Source: the human T2T-CHM13v2.0 reference genome, Homo sapiens
Assembly (NCBI GenBank): GCA_009914755.4
Contig: CP068257.2
Span: forward strand, 34,848,001-34,912,000
Length of the DNA stretch: 64,000 nucleotides
Reading direction: 5' to 3'
Below, piece by piece: positions 63,694 to 64,000 of the stretch. The position numbers and the translations under genes are program-made. Each line of letters begins with the position of its first letter. Within the stretch, counting starts at the first letter, position 1. The notes under the pieces were generated by a model. It saw only the letters and a list, made by a program, of their open reading frames with translations, was not told the DNA's origin and made no database searches.

Positions 63694-64000
63694 CAAAAAA
63701 CCCATAGATTAATATGTGTCCTTTGAATCAGTCTCTTCCTTAGTAACTTGCTTCAGGATCCAAGGAGTGAACCACTATGGAAATTTTTCTGTAATAATTT
63801 CCCTTAATCCTTATTTAGATTTGTAAGTCTAAACACTTACCATTATCTGACACATGAAGTATGAGCTATGGACGTTGTCTCATAATCTTTTCCTTATTCC
63901 CTATTTATATTTATTTGTTAGTCTAAAAATTAATTGTTACCTGACATATAAAATAAATGTCATGAAAGCAACTGTTTTATGCAGAACAACGTAGTGCTGT

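Overview
This window is primate, almost certainly human, genomic DNA; it is not a prokaryotic or compact coding region. Well over half of it is interspersed repeats. I recognise about 37 Alu SINEs on both strands, many with poly-A tails and target-site duplications. I also recognise several MIR SINE fragments, at least seven ERVL-MaLR LTRs (THE1/MST and MLT1 types, often nested inside one another), two L1 3'-end fragments, and about a dozen simple-sequence repeats. The simple repeats include a ~630 bp (GGAA/GGGA)n polypurine tract and a ~150 bp (GGAT)n tract. The only gene-derived feature I can support is a retroprocessed, disabled copy of the 26S proteasome subunit PSMD4 on the minus strand at about 20455-22030. 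It is intronless and has an AATAAA signal, a poly-A tail, flanking target-site duplications, a premature stop and frameshifts, and a later Alu insertion. I found no intact protein-coding ORF or RNA gene. The long ORFs in the supplied track are translations of Alu sequence, microsatellite or GC-rich non-coding DNA. I see no credible evidence of a novel biological system. The items worth a second look are structural: the (GGAA)n tract, a palindromic element split by a MaLR insertion, a pair of diverged low-copy direct repeats, Alu A-tails that have become microsatellites, and one speculative exon-like segment with a consensus splice donor. All repeat-family names come from reading the sequence against remembered consensus sequences, and coordinates are approximate to within about 10 bp.
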